Assembly: GCA_040882365.1 (NCBI GenBank)
Contig: JBBEBI010000041.1
Coordinates: 16,126 to 80,125 of the forward strand
Source of the DNA: Anaerolineales bacterium
GTDB taxonomy: Bacteria; Chloroflexota; Anaerolineae; Anaerolineales; UBA11579
DNA: 64,000 nucleotides
Reading direction: 5' to 3'
Numbering within the stretch: the stretch's first letter is position 1; each line of letters opens with the position of its first letter. Shown one piece after another: positions 35,227 through 44,844 of the stretch. Below the pieces are notes generated by a model, which saw only the letters and a list, made by a program, of their open reading frames with translations, did not search any database and was not told where the DNA came from. The translations under genes and the position numbers were made by a program.

Positions 35227-36249
35227 CTAGATCCGCTTGCGGCTCCCCTCACGGGTGAGCGCCTTAATTCGGAAATATATCTTCTCAAACACGTTTATCG
35301 CGGCAAACCCACTAAGAGGAGATCTCGCATAGCGTTTCCAAGCCAGTAAACCTAAATCAATATTGACCCGGCAGGCCCCCCACCATCGCCTTTCCAATGT
35401 TCGGCTCAACGCACTAGGAATATAGATCTGCTTCCTCTTGTTTGCCGCGGCTAGTTTCAAAAACCAGCGTTCCATGGCCTGCAATCCGGCGCTCGTATTC
35501 GGGAAATCCCACAGAGCTGTTCGATTATGAATCTTCTTCTCAACAGCCGTCGGGTTTAATCCTAACCTGTAAAGCTCCCTTAAGCGCACCTGGTCGGCCA
35601 CTGCCTGCTGTTCGTGCCCATATTGTCTTCCCACCTGGTGACTGTGGAGACGGTAACGAAGCAACACCGACTGGAGGTTAGCAAACCGGACTCGAGGTGA
35701 AGCCCGTGTCCACAGTTCGTAATCCTGAGCTCGTACCACTTTTTCATCATAGCGCAGCTGCAGTCGTTCGAATGTGGATCTGCGCAGCATGACCGAACTG
35801 TGCACTACCGAAGAATTGAAAATGAATTCGCTGCGAATATCCTCGTCTCGTTCCGGGTACTTCCAGGTTTGTTCGGGTTTCCCGCCTATCGTCTTCGCCC
35901 AGCAGCCGAGCACATCGATGTCCGGATGTTCCTCCATAAAACTGTATTGCGTTTTAAGGCGCCGGGGCAGACTAATATCATCATGGTCCATCCTGGCTAT
36001 ATACTGCCCTGAGGCGATATCAAGACCCTTGTTCAGCGATCGGGATAGCCCAAGCTGTTTTCTATTGAAAACCAGCCGTAACCTTTTATCGGAATATGAA
36101 TTCAGTACTTTCCGGCTGTCATCCGTGGAGGCATCCTCAATGATGACAAACTCAAATTCATCGAACGTCTGTCGAAGCACGCTGTCTATCGCCCCCGCTA
36201 AATAAGGCATCCCATTGCGCACGGCCATCAAGACTGTTACCTTCGGCAT
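35227..36249 (-). CDS. Glycosyltransferase GT2
   Basis: VTVLMAVRNGMPYLAGAIDSVLRQTFDEFEFVIIEDASTDDS...IARMDHDDIS. Confidence 0.85.
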   Translation of the reverse strand: MPKVTVLMAVRNGMPYLAGAIDSVLRQTFDEFEFVIIEDASTDDSRKVLNSYSDKRLRLVFNRKQLGLSRSLNKGLDIASGQYIARMDHDDISLPRRLKTQYSFMEEHPDIDVLGCWAKTIGGKPEQTWKYPERDEDIRSEFIFNSSVVHSSVMLRRSTFERLQLRYDEKVVRAQDYELWTRASPRVRFANLQSVLLRYRLHSHQVGRQYGHEQQAVADQVRLRELYRLGLNPTAVEKKIHNRTALWDFPNTSAGLQAMERWFLKLAAANKRKQIYIPSALSRTLERRWWGACRVNIDLGLLAWKRYARSPLSGFAAINVFEKIYFRIKALTREGSRKRI

Positions 36250-36253
36250 AGGC

Positions 36254-37360
36254 TCAACAGTCCAAGTCGTGCAGCAATGTCATTTCTAGATCAACCACAC
36301 CAGAGAGGGAAAAATTATCTTCGACATGCCTGCGAGCTTTCTTGCCCACTGCATCGCGCAGATCAGAGCCATCTATGGCGCGCTGGATTGCACTGCGCAA
36401 GCTGCCGGCATCGGTATCGCACAGCAGTCCGTTTTCGCCGTCCGTAATCAGTTCCTGTATCCCAGGCACACGCGTGCCGATCACGGGAAGGCCGCAGGCC
36501 ATCGCTTCGAGTAAGGACTTAGGATGACCTTCGTAAAGGGACGGTAACACAAACAGGTCACAAGAATTCAGGAATTGAGGCAACTCCCGGTTGGGGATCT
36601 TCCCCGCGAATCGTGCATTGGCTTTGCTTTGTTTGGCCTGGGTAGAAAGCATGTCCAATTGGGAGCCCTGGCCTACCAACGACAATTCGACATCCATTCC
36701 AGTAATTGCCTCGAGCAAGGCCGACAGATTCTTTTGTGGCTCAAGCCGCCCGACATACCCGATGCGAAATTTCTTTGATGTGGTTCTCACTATTGGCCGA
36801 AAGCGATCTGTTTCTACATAGTTGGGGATGACTCGTAGCCTTTCCCGAGAAACTGCATAGTGACCGGTGACGGATTCGGACATTGCCGCAGTAGTCACTA
36901 CCACGCAGTCGGCATTGGTAAACACTTTCCTTTCCAAACGCCTTGCGGTTTCGGCGGCCGGGGATCCTTCTCCATGCCTTCGTGCCTCGAAATCCGACAA
37001 TAAATAACCGCATCTGGCAATAAACTTCGCTCCCCGCCGGCGGGCCGCTGTCAGCGCGACATCTGCCCCGGAAACCTGGTTACTTTTGAAGATATGGCCT
37101 CGTGGTGGCAGCCATTTCAATTGTCGCTGATACCAGCCTTCGGGTAGACCCCAATGATTGGTGATTAAGTTGATCCCCGGAATCTCCTTTGCCCGCAGCA
37201 TTTCCTCTTTTCCCCCATAGGTCACGAAGGTGACTTCCACCTCTCTCTGCCGCAATGCCTTGTATAGGGCAATTTCCCGCGCGAACATACCGGCTTCTTC
37301 CCAGGTCCCAAGGGAAACTCCTTGGGTGAAAAAAAGGGTTAGGTCGATCGATTTTTGCAT
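36254..37360 (-). CDS. Glycosyltransferase GT4
   Basis: LFVLPSLYEGHPKSLLEAMACGLPVIGTRVPGIQELITDGENG. Confidence 0.85.
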   Translation of the reverse strand: MQKSIDLTLFFTQGVSLGTWEEAGMFAREIALYKALRQREVEVTFVTYGGKEEMLRAKEIPGINLITNHWGLPEGWYQRQLKWLPPRGHIFKSNQVSGADVALTAARRRGAKFIARCGYLLSDFEARRHGEGSPAAETARRLERKVFTNADCVVVTTAAMSESVTGHYAVSRERLRVIPNYVETDRFRPIVRTTSKKFRIGYVGRLEPQKNLSALLEAITGMDVELSLVGQGSQLDMLSTQAKQSKANARFAGKIPNRELPQFLNSCDLFVLPSLYEGHPKSLLEAMACGLPVIGTRVPGIQELITDGENGLLCDTDAGSLRSAIQRAIDGSDLRDAVGKKARRHVEDNFSLSGVVDLEMTLLHDLDC

Positions 37361-37386
37361 GTCCGCGATGGGTCGTTCTGTGGAGG

Positions 37387-38469
37387 CTATTTAGTTATTT
37401 GATCCAATATGGGCTTATAGATTTCCGCATAATAGCGGGCGGCGATCAAAGACCAATCGTAACTCGCAATCGTTTTGAGCCCGCTGGCAATAAACCGAGC
37501 CCGGATGTCGGGATGGTCGATCAACTCTATGACATGAGCCGCCAGCGAAGGTACATCCTCGCTCTCGGCCAAGAATCCATTTTCTCCTGGAATGATCACG
37601 TCCGGCGCCAACCCCACCTTCGTAGCCACCAGCGGCACACCAGTGGCCAGCGATTCGATCACGCCTTTGGGCCCCCCTTCCTCCCTGGATGTAAGCAAAT
37701 ACATGTCAAGCGCCTGATAAAGACGAGGGATCTGCAAATAATCGTCCAAAACCATATGTTTATACGGAATCCCCAGCCGCTCAAGCCCGGCTTTCACATA
37801 ACCGCGGGCGGGGGCGCTGAGCAACACAAATACGGGATGCTGTTTGCTTACTGCCTCTACAACCTTAAGGAAAATGTCAGGGCCCTTGATCAATTTGGGT
37901 TCCGTTCCTTCACCCATCCCGACCCCATCTTTGTGGAACGAGCCTATACAGATAGCTTGCCGGAGTATGCCGAACTCACGGCGCCTCTCTTGTTTTTGTT
38001 CTTCATTTACCGGCGCGAAGACTTTTAGGTCAACCCCAAGGGGTATGCAGATCAGTTTTTCGGCAGGAACTCCCCAAGCTAACAAGCGCTGTTGCATGAC
38101 AGAACTTGCCGTATGGATCTTGTCGAATTCACCTATAGATGAAAGGACCCGATCGAAGGTCTCCTTGAAAAGCGGGTCGTCTTTCAATCCGTGGAATATG
38201 GTTCCAACAATCACGTTGCGTTCATTGTGCCGCGCTCCCACGTTTGCCGCCATATCCCACAAAGACCCATAATGGACGATCTGGCCTGAAAGCCGCTCGG
38301 CAGTGCGGGCCACTCGTGCCTTCAGCCCGAACTGTTTCTCAACCTCACGCGTAGTGTAATACCCATCCCAATCCAGTGACCAGTTGACCCCAGGAGATAT
38401 GTAATAGAGGCCCGGCGGGCCTCGCCGGCGAAATCGCTGAGCTACTTTCCCGAAGAACGAGCGCATCAT
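37387..38469 (-). CDS. Glycosyltransferase GT4
   Basis: YLLTSREEGGPKGVIESLATGVPLVATKVGLAPDVIIPGENG. The start is set at ATG 38469, which forms an ATGA overlap with the upstream stop (38466-38469). The track start is 38523. Confidence 0.8.
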   Translation of the reverse strand: MMRSFFGKVAQRFRRRGPPGLYYISPGVNWSLDWDGYYTTREVEKQFGLKARVARTAERLSGQIVHYGSLWDMAANVGARHNERNVIVGTIFHGLKDDPLFKETFDRVLSSIGEFDKIHTASSVMQQRLLAWGVPAEKLICIPLGVDLKVFAPVNEEQKQERRREFGILRQAICIGSFHKDGVGMGEGTEPKLIKGPDIFLKVVEAVSKQHPVFVLLSAPARGYVKAGLERLGIPYKHMVLDDYLQIPRLYQALDMYLLTSREEGGPKGVIESLATGVPLVATKVGLAPDVIIPGENGFLAESEDVPSLAAHVIELIDHPDIRARFIASGLKTIASYDWSLIAARYYAEIYKPILDQITK

Positions 38470-39455
38470 GCCAAGTCCAGTCTCTGCCTTGCCGGATAGC
38501 TCCAGGCTAGCAGGCTGCGCCAAATCATAGGTAAATGAGTTGGCCTCTTCAATGATTCGTTTATTGCATCGATGTACTGGGAGAAATTTCTTTGCGGATC
38601 GAAGAGCTCAACGGCGCGTTGGCGGGCGGTCTTGGAATAAATCTCCAAATTCGCCAGAATTATTTCGAGTTGCCGCGGGAAGCTTTCCACACTGACTGGC
38701 TGGCCACAATCACCAATCACCTCTTGCATGGCTCCGCTATCCTCGAAAAGCACAGGCAGTCCCGACGCCAGTGCCTCCAGCACATGGTTTGGACACGCCT
38801 CGTTTTTGGAAAAAGTGAGCAACAGGTGACAAGATCGCAAGGCGATTGCGAGATCAGAGCGCTTTAGGTAGCCCTGCCCGTGTACATTCTTCAGATCGGG
38901 CGCATTATCATAACTGCCGCAAAGAATGAAATCCACGTCGGGGTTTCTCTGGGCGACTTCATAAACCTGGCTCATACCCTTTAGGGGATTTTTGCTCCAG
39001 GTTACACAGGCGACCTGTGTGCGGCGCGGGAATTTTCGTCGCCTTCCCTCCGGTGTGAAGACTTGGAGATCCACCGGATTGTGAATGATGGGTCCATCCT
39101 GGGTTATTACGCTAAACATCTCACGCGTGCTATGACGCGCGTATTGGCTTTGGAAGATCGTGAGGTCGGCGAGGCGATTGACCTTGCCCTGGCGCAGGTC
39201 CGCCTCTGCATCCCGTCCGTAATTTTGAGCCGCGCCATCAATACGCTGCACAATGCGTACTCTCGGGTTACTCCTTATAACCAGCATGAGATCCCGATAA
39301 GGGGTCATCCAATGATTAGTGAACAAGACCTCGCATTTGCCTTTTGGATCGCGTATGATCTCCCACCCGATCTTGCGGAGATAATTTGCAAAATTGTCCA
39401 GAAAATAATAGCCGCCTCCCTCTGGGCGAAATTCAATAGGAATACATATGCGCAT
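38466..39455 (-). CDS. Glycosyltransferase, GT4-like
   Basis: LLLTFSKNEACPNHVLEALASGLPVLFEDSGAMQEVIGDCG. GT-B C-terminal domain signature. Confidence 0.7.
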   Translation of the reverse strand: MRICIPIEFRPEGGGYYFLDNFANYLRKIGWEIIRDPKGKCEVLFTNHWMTPYRDLMLVIRSNPRVRIVQRIDGAAQNYGRDAEADLRQGKVNRLADLTIFQSQYARHSTREMFSVITQDGPIIHNPVDLQVFTPEGRRRKFPRRTQVACVTWSKNPLKGMSQVYEVAQRNPDVDFILCGSYDNAPDLKNVHGQGYLKRSDLAIALRSCHLLLTFSKNEACPNHVLEALASGLPVLFEDSGAMQEVIGDCGQPVSVESFPRQLEIILANLEIYSKTARQRAVELFDPQRNFSQYIDAINESLKRPTHLPMIWRSLLAWSYPARQRLDLA

Positions 39456-39457
39456 TC

Positions 39458-40210
39458 TTATTTACCCGACACTGGCACCAGTTCGGACCAGATCTCGCCC
39501 CAGCGCACTTCAATGTGCTGGGGTCTCAATCCGGCCTCATCGATTTCCTGATGGAAGCTCTGCAAGGTGTATTCGATCTTATGGTCCTCATCTAAGCGCC
39601 ATTCGACGCCTAGCTCCTTCTTTAATGGAACGCGCCAATCGCGTTCGAAAAGCGGCACGCGAACAAAAACGCGTTTGGCCTTGGTCATTTCGACCATGTC
39701 GCGCAAGAATTGGGGCCGGCCATTCAAATGCTCCAGCACGTTCGAAAGCAACACTACGTCGTAGAGTATTTTAGTTTCTAGTCTCATTGCGTCCTGGACG
39801 GCATAATGAAGGTCGGGGTGAGAATACCTGCGTTTCGCCTCTACAATATTCTGGAGGCTTAGATCGATTCCGTCCACAACCGCCTTCGATTTCGCAACTA
39901 GATCGTAGGCAACGTCTCCCGTTCCGCAGCCAACATCAAGAACGCGCTCCCCCGCAAAGATCCGGGAGACGAAAAACTCGTGATAAGACGTGTGGCGGTG
40001 TTTCGTATGCTTACCGCCCCCATAAGCTACAGCCAGGGTGCCCTGCAATCCATAGAACGCGGCGTCCAATCGAAAGAGAAAACGCAGCGCTTCATCGGGA
40101 GGGAGGGTTTTGACTTTCCGTTGGACGAGGCGCACTAGAAGTCGTTCGTATGTGGCGCGGTCAAGTAGTTGCGCCAAGCGTATCAGAATTATGGATAGAA
40201 TTTTTCCCAT
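39458..40210 (-). CDS. Class I SAM-dependent methyltransferase
   Basis: Motif I RVLDVGCGTGDVAYDL, then YDVVLLSNVLEHL. Confidence 0.8.
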   Translation of the reverse strand: MGKILSIILIRLAQLLDRATYERLLVRLVQRKVKTLPPDEALRFLFRLDAAFYGLQGTLAVAYGGGKHTKHRHTSYHEFFVSRIFAGERVLDVGCGTGDVAYDLVAKSKAVVDGIDLSLQNIVEAKRRYSHPDLHYAVQDAMRLETKILYDVVLLSNVLEHLNGRPQFLRDMVEMTKAKRVFVRVPLFERDWRVPLKKELGVEWRLDEDHKIEYTLQSFHQEIDEAGLRPQHIEVRWGEIWSELVPVSGK

Positions 40211-40321
40211 TCAGAGCTCAATTTTAGTGAATAAAACAATGTTTATGGAATGAGACGTTTTTTACTCTATCACTTAATAGCCAGATGAAATCTTAGTCAC
40301 TCGCTGGCCTGTATCGTTCAA

Positions 40322-40528
40322 CTAAGGGGTTAAACTCGGCCGACAGTCGCCGAGAGATATAGTCGATGCTGGCCGAATCCATCTCTTCCGTGTATGTTCC
40401 AATTTTTCCTTTGCGCGAGATAACAATACGCGCAACCAAGTTCTTCCCAACTTGGGGTACGAAACGACAAAAACCTTTTCCTCGGGGTTTTTGCTTTCAA
40501 TTTCCAATTGATCGGGTTCAATGCGCAT
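40322..40528 (-). pseudogene. N-terminal remnant of a sulfotransferase gene
   Basis: 68-aa ORF containing VFVVSYPKLGRTWLRVLLSR. This is a degenerate version of the PAPS 5'-phosphosulfate-binding loop (YPKSGTTW). It lies in a 329-bp gap too short for a full sulfotransferase, and the remaining 110 bp are about 30% GC. Confidence 0.45.
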
Positions 40529-40539
40529 GGCAGTATGGG

Positions 40540-41808
40540 TTACGGTCTCGTCTTGCTAATCCGTTCAAAAACTTCCAGAATCCGGTCGCTTGCAAGTTGC
40601 TCCTGCATGCCCAAAAAAGTCCGTGTGTATGTTTTTTGGCGCTCAGGTTCCATCCTTATATCCTCCAGTTTTGCAGATCGCAACCAACTTATTATGCGTC
40701 TCCGATCTACTTTGATGATACAGCCGGAATAATTCATCAGTGATTGGGGATATCCGGAAAGCAATTCATCGAAATAACGCTGTTTAGGCAACGACCATGA
40801 CGCTGCAAGGTCTATATGGGGAACATAAATGTTGATACATGGGGTACCACAAGCCACGGCCTCAACGGCCGCCATACTATTCGCGGTGATACAAACATCC
40901 GCGGCCAACATCAGTTTATAGGATGTGAAAACAGGATAATAGCTGTCATCTAACCCAGTGAGATATGTATCGGCCTCCTCCATTTGATATCGCAGTACCT
41001 CTTGTTTCCCCCTGGATTTGACAATTAATTCTGCGGATTCGCGGTCACAAAACTCGCGTAAGACTCGGACGATCTCCTCAAACGCATGCCCCCTCCAAAT
41101 CTCCCACACAAACTGCGGCTTACCCGCCCGAATAGCGGCTCGAGTTCTAGATAATTTGCTCCCCCGACCCCATACGTAAAATCGCCAAGGTGTGTTCGAC
41201 GAGATAACAGGCGCCATCAATAAGACCACCTTTGCATTGGGGGCAATATCCAGTTCCTTACGGGCATCCTCGCGAGAAATCACACCGATCTGGTCAAACA
41301 TCGCAGAACCCGCGACGGCCCATTGACCGCTTCGGGCGTCTCTTTCGCGCCGCCAATCCATCGAACGACTTTGTAATCTAAAATGAAGATCTCGACAGAA
41401 TTCGCTTGGATATATCGTTAGATCGAAATTATTCAACGCGGCAAGGGAACCTTGAGCAATTTCAAAAAAATGAACCAAGGAGATAACCTTTACTCCAGAT
41501 TTCCTCAATTCAGCTATAACATCCAAATCGGCCCTGAGTGTGTGGAATCCCTCATGGGTTACCAATACATCGAATGATGAACTATCACGTAGTTGAGAAA
41601 GGGCGGTAATTCCGCTGATATTTTTGCGTGGAATCCGAAAATTCGAAAACGTTTCGGCTGTGGCCACCTGATACGATTTGTCCCCCAGCGGGCGAGCAGC
41701 ATCTTCGTAAAAAACAATCACCTCGTGTCCCTGCCTTAATGCCGCTTCAAGCAGACCTCCCATTGTCTTCAAATAGGTTACCCTCTGAAAGTAGAAAGCG
41801 ATACGCAT
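40540..41808 (-). CDS. Hypothetical protein, GT-B/TagF-like fold suspected
   Basis: 422 aa, soluble. ...VAGSAMFDQIG...AKVVLLMAPV... and ...LMLAADVCITANSMAAVEAVACGTPCINIYVP... loosely resemble CDP-glycerol glycerophosphotransferase / GT-B C-terminal motifs. Low-GC gene. Confidence 0.3.
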   Translation of the reverse strand: MRIAFYFQRVTYLKTMGGLLEAALRQGHEVIVFYEDAARPLGDKSYQVATAETFSNFRIPRKNISGITALSQLRDSSSFDVLVTHEGFHTLRADLDVIAELRKSGVKVISLVHFFEIAQGSLAALNNFDLTIYPSEFCRDLHFRLQSRSMDWRRERDARSGQWAVAGSAMFDQIGVISREDARKELDIAPNAKVVLLMAPVISSNTPWRFYVWGRGSKLSRTRAAIRAGKPQFVWEIWRGHAFEEIVRVLREFCDRESAELIVKSRGKQEVLRYQMEEADTYLTGLDDSYYPVFTSYKLMLAADVCITANSMAAVEAVACGTPCINIYVPHIDLAASWSLPKQRYFDELLSGYPQSLMNYSGCIIKVDRRRIISWLRSAKLEDIRMEPERQKTYTRTFLGMQEQLASDRILEVFERISKTRP

Positions 41809-41824
41809 AGCAGCTTGCCAGATC

Positions 41825-42928
41825 CTAAGTAATCGCCTTCGCCAGAATTGCAGTGATTCGATCTGCGGTCTTTCCGTCCCATAGGGGCGGAACTCGACTC
41901 AAAACCGACCCGCGGTCCAGGGCACGGTGAAAACCATCAACAATCCCCTTGCGCTTGTTCCCTACTAGTTGGTTAGTTCCCTGCTTTATCGTAATAGGGC
42001 GTTCGGTGTTGTCACGCAGTGTGAGACAACTAACGCCAAGTACTGTGGTTTCCTCCTGGATGCCACCCGAATCTGTGAGCACCAGCCTGGCGTTAATCAT
42101 TAGATTCAAGAAGTCGAAATAGCCCAACGGTTCCAAGAGCATTATGCGTTGCCCGCTCTTTTGGGAATCAAAGGCCAACGAATCGATTATTTTTCGCGTT
42201 CGCGGGTGGACGGGGAATAAAACGGGCATTTCCCGCCCTATGTCGCCCAGCGCGGCCAGGATTTCCTTCAAGACAGGGATTTGATCGACGTTTGACGGCC
42301 GGTGAAGAGTGACCAAAGCATAACTCCTCTTTTCTACTCCCATCGTTAAATATGTGTCTAATTCGGCCGCCTGGTCTCTGAAGCCCACCAAGCTATCCAC
42401 CATGATGTTACCGACTCTATAAATTCGCCCGTTATCGATGCCTTCATTCAATAAATTCTGGTCAGCGTCTTCCGAGGGGGTAAACAGAAAGTCCGCGAGC
42501 ATATCAGTGACCTTACGATTATGCTCCTCGGGCATACTCCGATCGAAACTGCGCAAGCCTGCTTCCACATGGGCAAGTGGCAAGTTCATCTTGTTAGCCG
42601 CGATAGCTGCAGCCAGCGTAGAATTGACGTCACCAAAAACAACCACCATTCGAGGCCGATAGCCCGTAAATTCGTCGCCTAAAGCGGTGATGACCTGCGC
42701 GATCTGATTGGCCGGCGTGCCTGTATGAATATTCAGGTCGGCATCCGGTTTCGGCAGACCCAGCTGCTCGAAGAACACCTTCGACATGTTTTCGTCGAAG
42801 TGCTGCCCGGTATGGATCAGCCGCACCGTCGCCCGGCCATCATTCTGCAGGGCGCGCCACAGCGGAGCCGCCTTCATGAAGTTGGGCCGCGCCCCTACCA
42901 CCAGTGTTAAATCGTTTTTGCTGCTCAT
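41825..42928 (-). CDS. wecB: UDP-N-acetylglucosamine 2-epimerase (non-hydrolysing)
   Basis: VVGARPNFMKAAPL...IHTGQHFDENMS...VVVFGDVNSTLAAA...HVEAGLRSFDRSMPEEHNR...LTDSGGIQEE. Confidence 0.9.
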   Translation of the reverse strand: MSSKNDLTLVVGARPNFMKAAPLWRALQNDGRATVRLIHTGQHFDENMSKVFFEQLGLPKPDADLNIHTGTPANQIAQVITALGDEFTGYRPRMVVVFGDVNSTLAAAIAANKMNLPLAHVEAGLRSFDRSMPEEHNRKVTDMLADFLFTPSEDADQNLLNEGIDNGRIYRVGNIMVDSLVGFRDQAAELDTYLTMGVEKRSYALVTLHRPSNVDQIPVLKEILAALGDIGREMPVLFPVHPRTRKIIDSLAFDSQKSGQRIMLLEPLGYFDFLNLMINARLVLTDSGGIQEETTVLGVSCLTLRDNTERPITIKQGTNQLVGNKRKGIVDGFHRALDRGSVLSRVPPLWDGKTADRITAILAKAIT

Positions 42929-43872
42929 TCAGGTGTGTGAAAACCAATTTGAGCTTTTTCGTGCTCGTGGAAATAAAGATAATCCTTTACACATTCGTCC
43001 CAATTGATTCCGTATGCATCGGTAATGTCCTGGATCCGCTCTTGGATCTGCAGAATTTGGTCGCTTGAGAACACGAAGCCAGGGTCATGAAAAAGATGAG
43101 AGTTGCGTATTGAGTCTTCTTTTGTGGATCGAAACGGCTTCGCTAGCTGCTCCCCAACGTAGACAAGGAAGCGGTCGACATCAAAACCGAGCCCCAAGAA
43201 ATCGAAGACCCGTTTTGCATATTTGGCATCCTCCGAAAATTTTTCCAATTCCAGGAACTGCATTTTCTTGTCGCCAAAGAAATTGAATTGATCCAGTGCC
43301 ATATGGTAAACATTCGCCCATACATTGGCCGCACCTAAAAAGCCACCCTCTCCAACTAATGATTGGGGACGAATTCGATAAGCCTGTTGCCCAGGTTTGC
43401 GCGCATCTTCGGCGAGATAAATTGCATGTACCGTTTTTAGAGGATTGCGAAAGACAATCAAGCCGCGCGATTCCAGATCTGCTTTTTCTATTTCGTATTC
43501 AATCAGAGGCGTTGCAGCCGTCATCAAGTGGGCCGTATGGATCACATAACCGTCTCTTTCTCGTTTTTGCCTCTGCCTTTGCAGCCGGGCCCAAAATCCG
43601 CGAGGAGACGATTGGGGCTCTCCATTTATCAACCCTGCTACATTGCGCACATACGGCTCAGCAAAATTCGACCGAAAGCTGAAATATCCATCCTTGTCCT
43701 GCTTCCAAAGATCGGCGAGCATATACAGGTACTGCAAGATGGCCGAAGTGGGTTCGCCTACATATAAGTTCTCATGATAGGACACGTATCCCTGATCTTC
43801 GAAAACGCCCGCCAGAAACTTAGTGCCGGCGCGCCCCGTGCTAAGCATTCGAATCAATCGTCCACTCACCAA
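42925..43872 (-). CDS. Sulfotransferase-like protein, divergent
   Basis: LSTGRAGTKFLAGVF (PSB-loop-like) and LIVFRNPLKTVHAIY (3'-PB R-[DN]-P...S/H-like motif). ATGA overlap with wecB. Low-GC gene. Confidence 0.4.
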   Translation of the reverse strand: MVSGRLIRMLSTGRAGTKFLAGVFEDQGYVSYHENLYVGEPTSAILQYLYMLADLWKQDKDGYFSFRSNFAEPYVRNVAGLINGEPQSSPRGFWARLQRQRQKRERDGYVIHTAHLMTAATPLIEYEIEKADLESRGLIVFRNPLKTVHAIYLAEDARKPGQQAYRIRPQSLVGEGGFLGAANVWANVYHMALDQFNFFGDKKMQFLELEKFSEDAKYAKRVFDFLGLGFDVDRFLVYVGEQLAKPFRSTKEDSIRNSHLFHDPGFVFSSDQILQIQERIQDITDAYGINWDECVKDYLYFHEHEKAQIGFHTPE

Positions 43873-43881
43873 GTAATTCCT

Positions 43882-44844
43882 TCAACTGGCATGTTGCATC
43901 ATCTTAACAAGATGATCCCTGAACTCGGGCCGCCGGTGAAATAAGGCCTCAACCATTTCCGCATAGTAGTGCTTAAGGTCGGCATTGTAGGTATAAGGTC
44001 GTTTAAGTTGATAAACGTTTAAGGCGTCGCTGATCCAGCGCGGATCCTCTGCAAGGCCAAGGAACCGTGCCAACCTGCGAAATATATGCGAATCCACCTC
44101 GTCTTGAAAATAATGTAGGAAGTGCTCGGAATGCTCTTCGGCCAGCTCTACAAACCACTTAATCTCTTCCAGTATTGTTTTTAGCAAAGGGAAGAGATCA
44201 TTGTCATTGAATTGGGGATAAAACTTCGATATTCCTATTCGAGAAAGCGACAAACTGCAATCAAGTGGGTTTCGAATAGGCAACAGAAATCTTAACCTCG
44301 GGTTATTTTTCACAAGCTGACCTAGATCAGCGCCGTTCTTCCGTATAAATTCACCCACCTTTTCAGATTCCTTCCAAACTAGGCTTTTTACGCTGCGTTT
44401 GAGTAGGCGAGTGCCAAAGCGCGCCCTATAAGTCCTCCACATTTCAGGGTGCTCGGCAAAAGCGTGGGACAAAACCACCGAACCGCCGTGACCCCCACGC
44501 GCTCCACCCTGCGATAGCGTAAGAGCTACATGGCAAAACCGTCGGAATTTTTCGTCCGAGTAATTAACCAAGAAGTTCCACTCCTCACGCGGAAGGATGC
44601 GCGACCCGGCATGATTGAGCACCTGGCATTCCGGATGCAGAAAGAGTACTGAGGCCGTCAGCGAGGTCAGGTTTCGATAAGGTCCTAGGAATAAACACAC
44701 GCTCCGCAACCCGTCAATCGTTGTCGCCTCGCGCGCTGAAATGCGACCTAATGGTGGCTCCGGCAACTTTTCGGGGTACTTGCGGCGCCAGGTCAGTGCC
44801 CAAAACACCTGGGCGCGTCGCGGCAAACTTTGCAGCCAATCCAT
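43882..44844 (-). CDS. Sulfotransferase-like protein, divergent
   Basis: CLFLGPYRNLTSLTASVLFLHPE (degenerate PSB loop) and FLLPIRNPLDCSLSLSR (3'-PB motif RNPLDxxxS). 1-nt overlap with the ABC exporter gene. Confidence 0.4.
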   Translation of the reverse strand: MDWLQSLPRRAQVFWALTWRRKYPEKLPEPPLGRISAREATTIDGLRSVCLFLGPYRNLTSLTASVLFLHPECQVLNHAGSRILPREEWNFLVNYSDEKFRRFCHVALTLSQGGARGGHGGSVVLSHAFAEHPEMWRTYRARFGTRLLKRSVKSLVWKESEKVGEFIRKNGADLGQLVKNNPRLRFLLPIRNPLDCSLSLSRIGISKFYPQFNDNDLFPLLKTILEEIKWFVELAEEHSEHFLHYFQDEVDSHIFRRLARFLGLAEDPRWISDALNVYQLKRPYTYNADLKHYYAEMVEALFHRRPEFRDHLVKMMQHAS

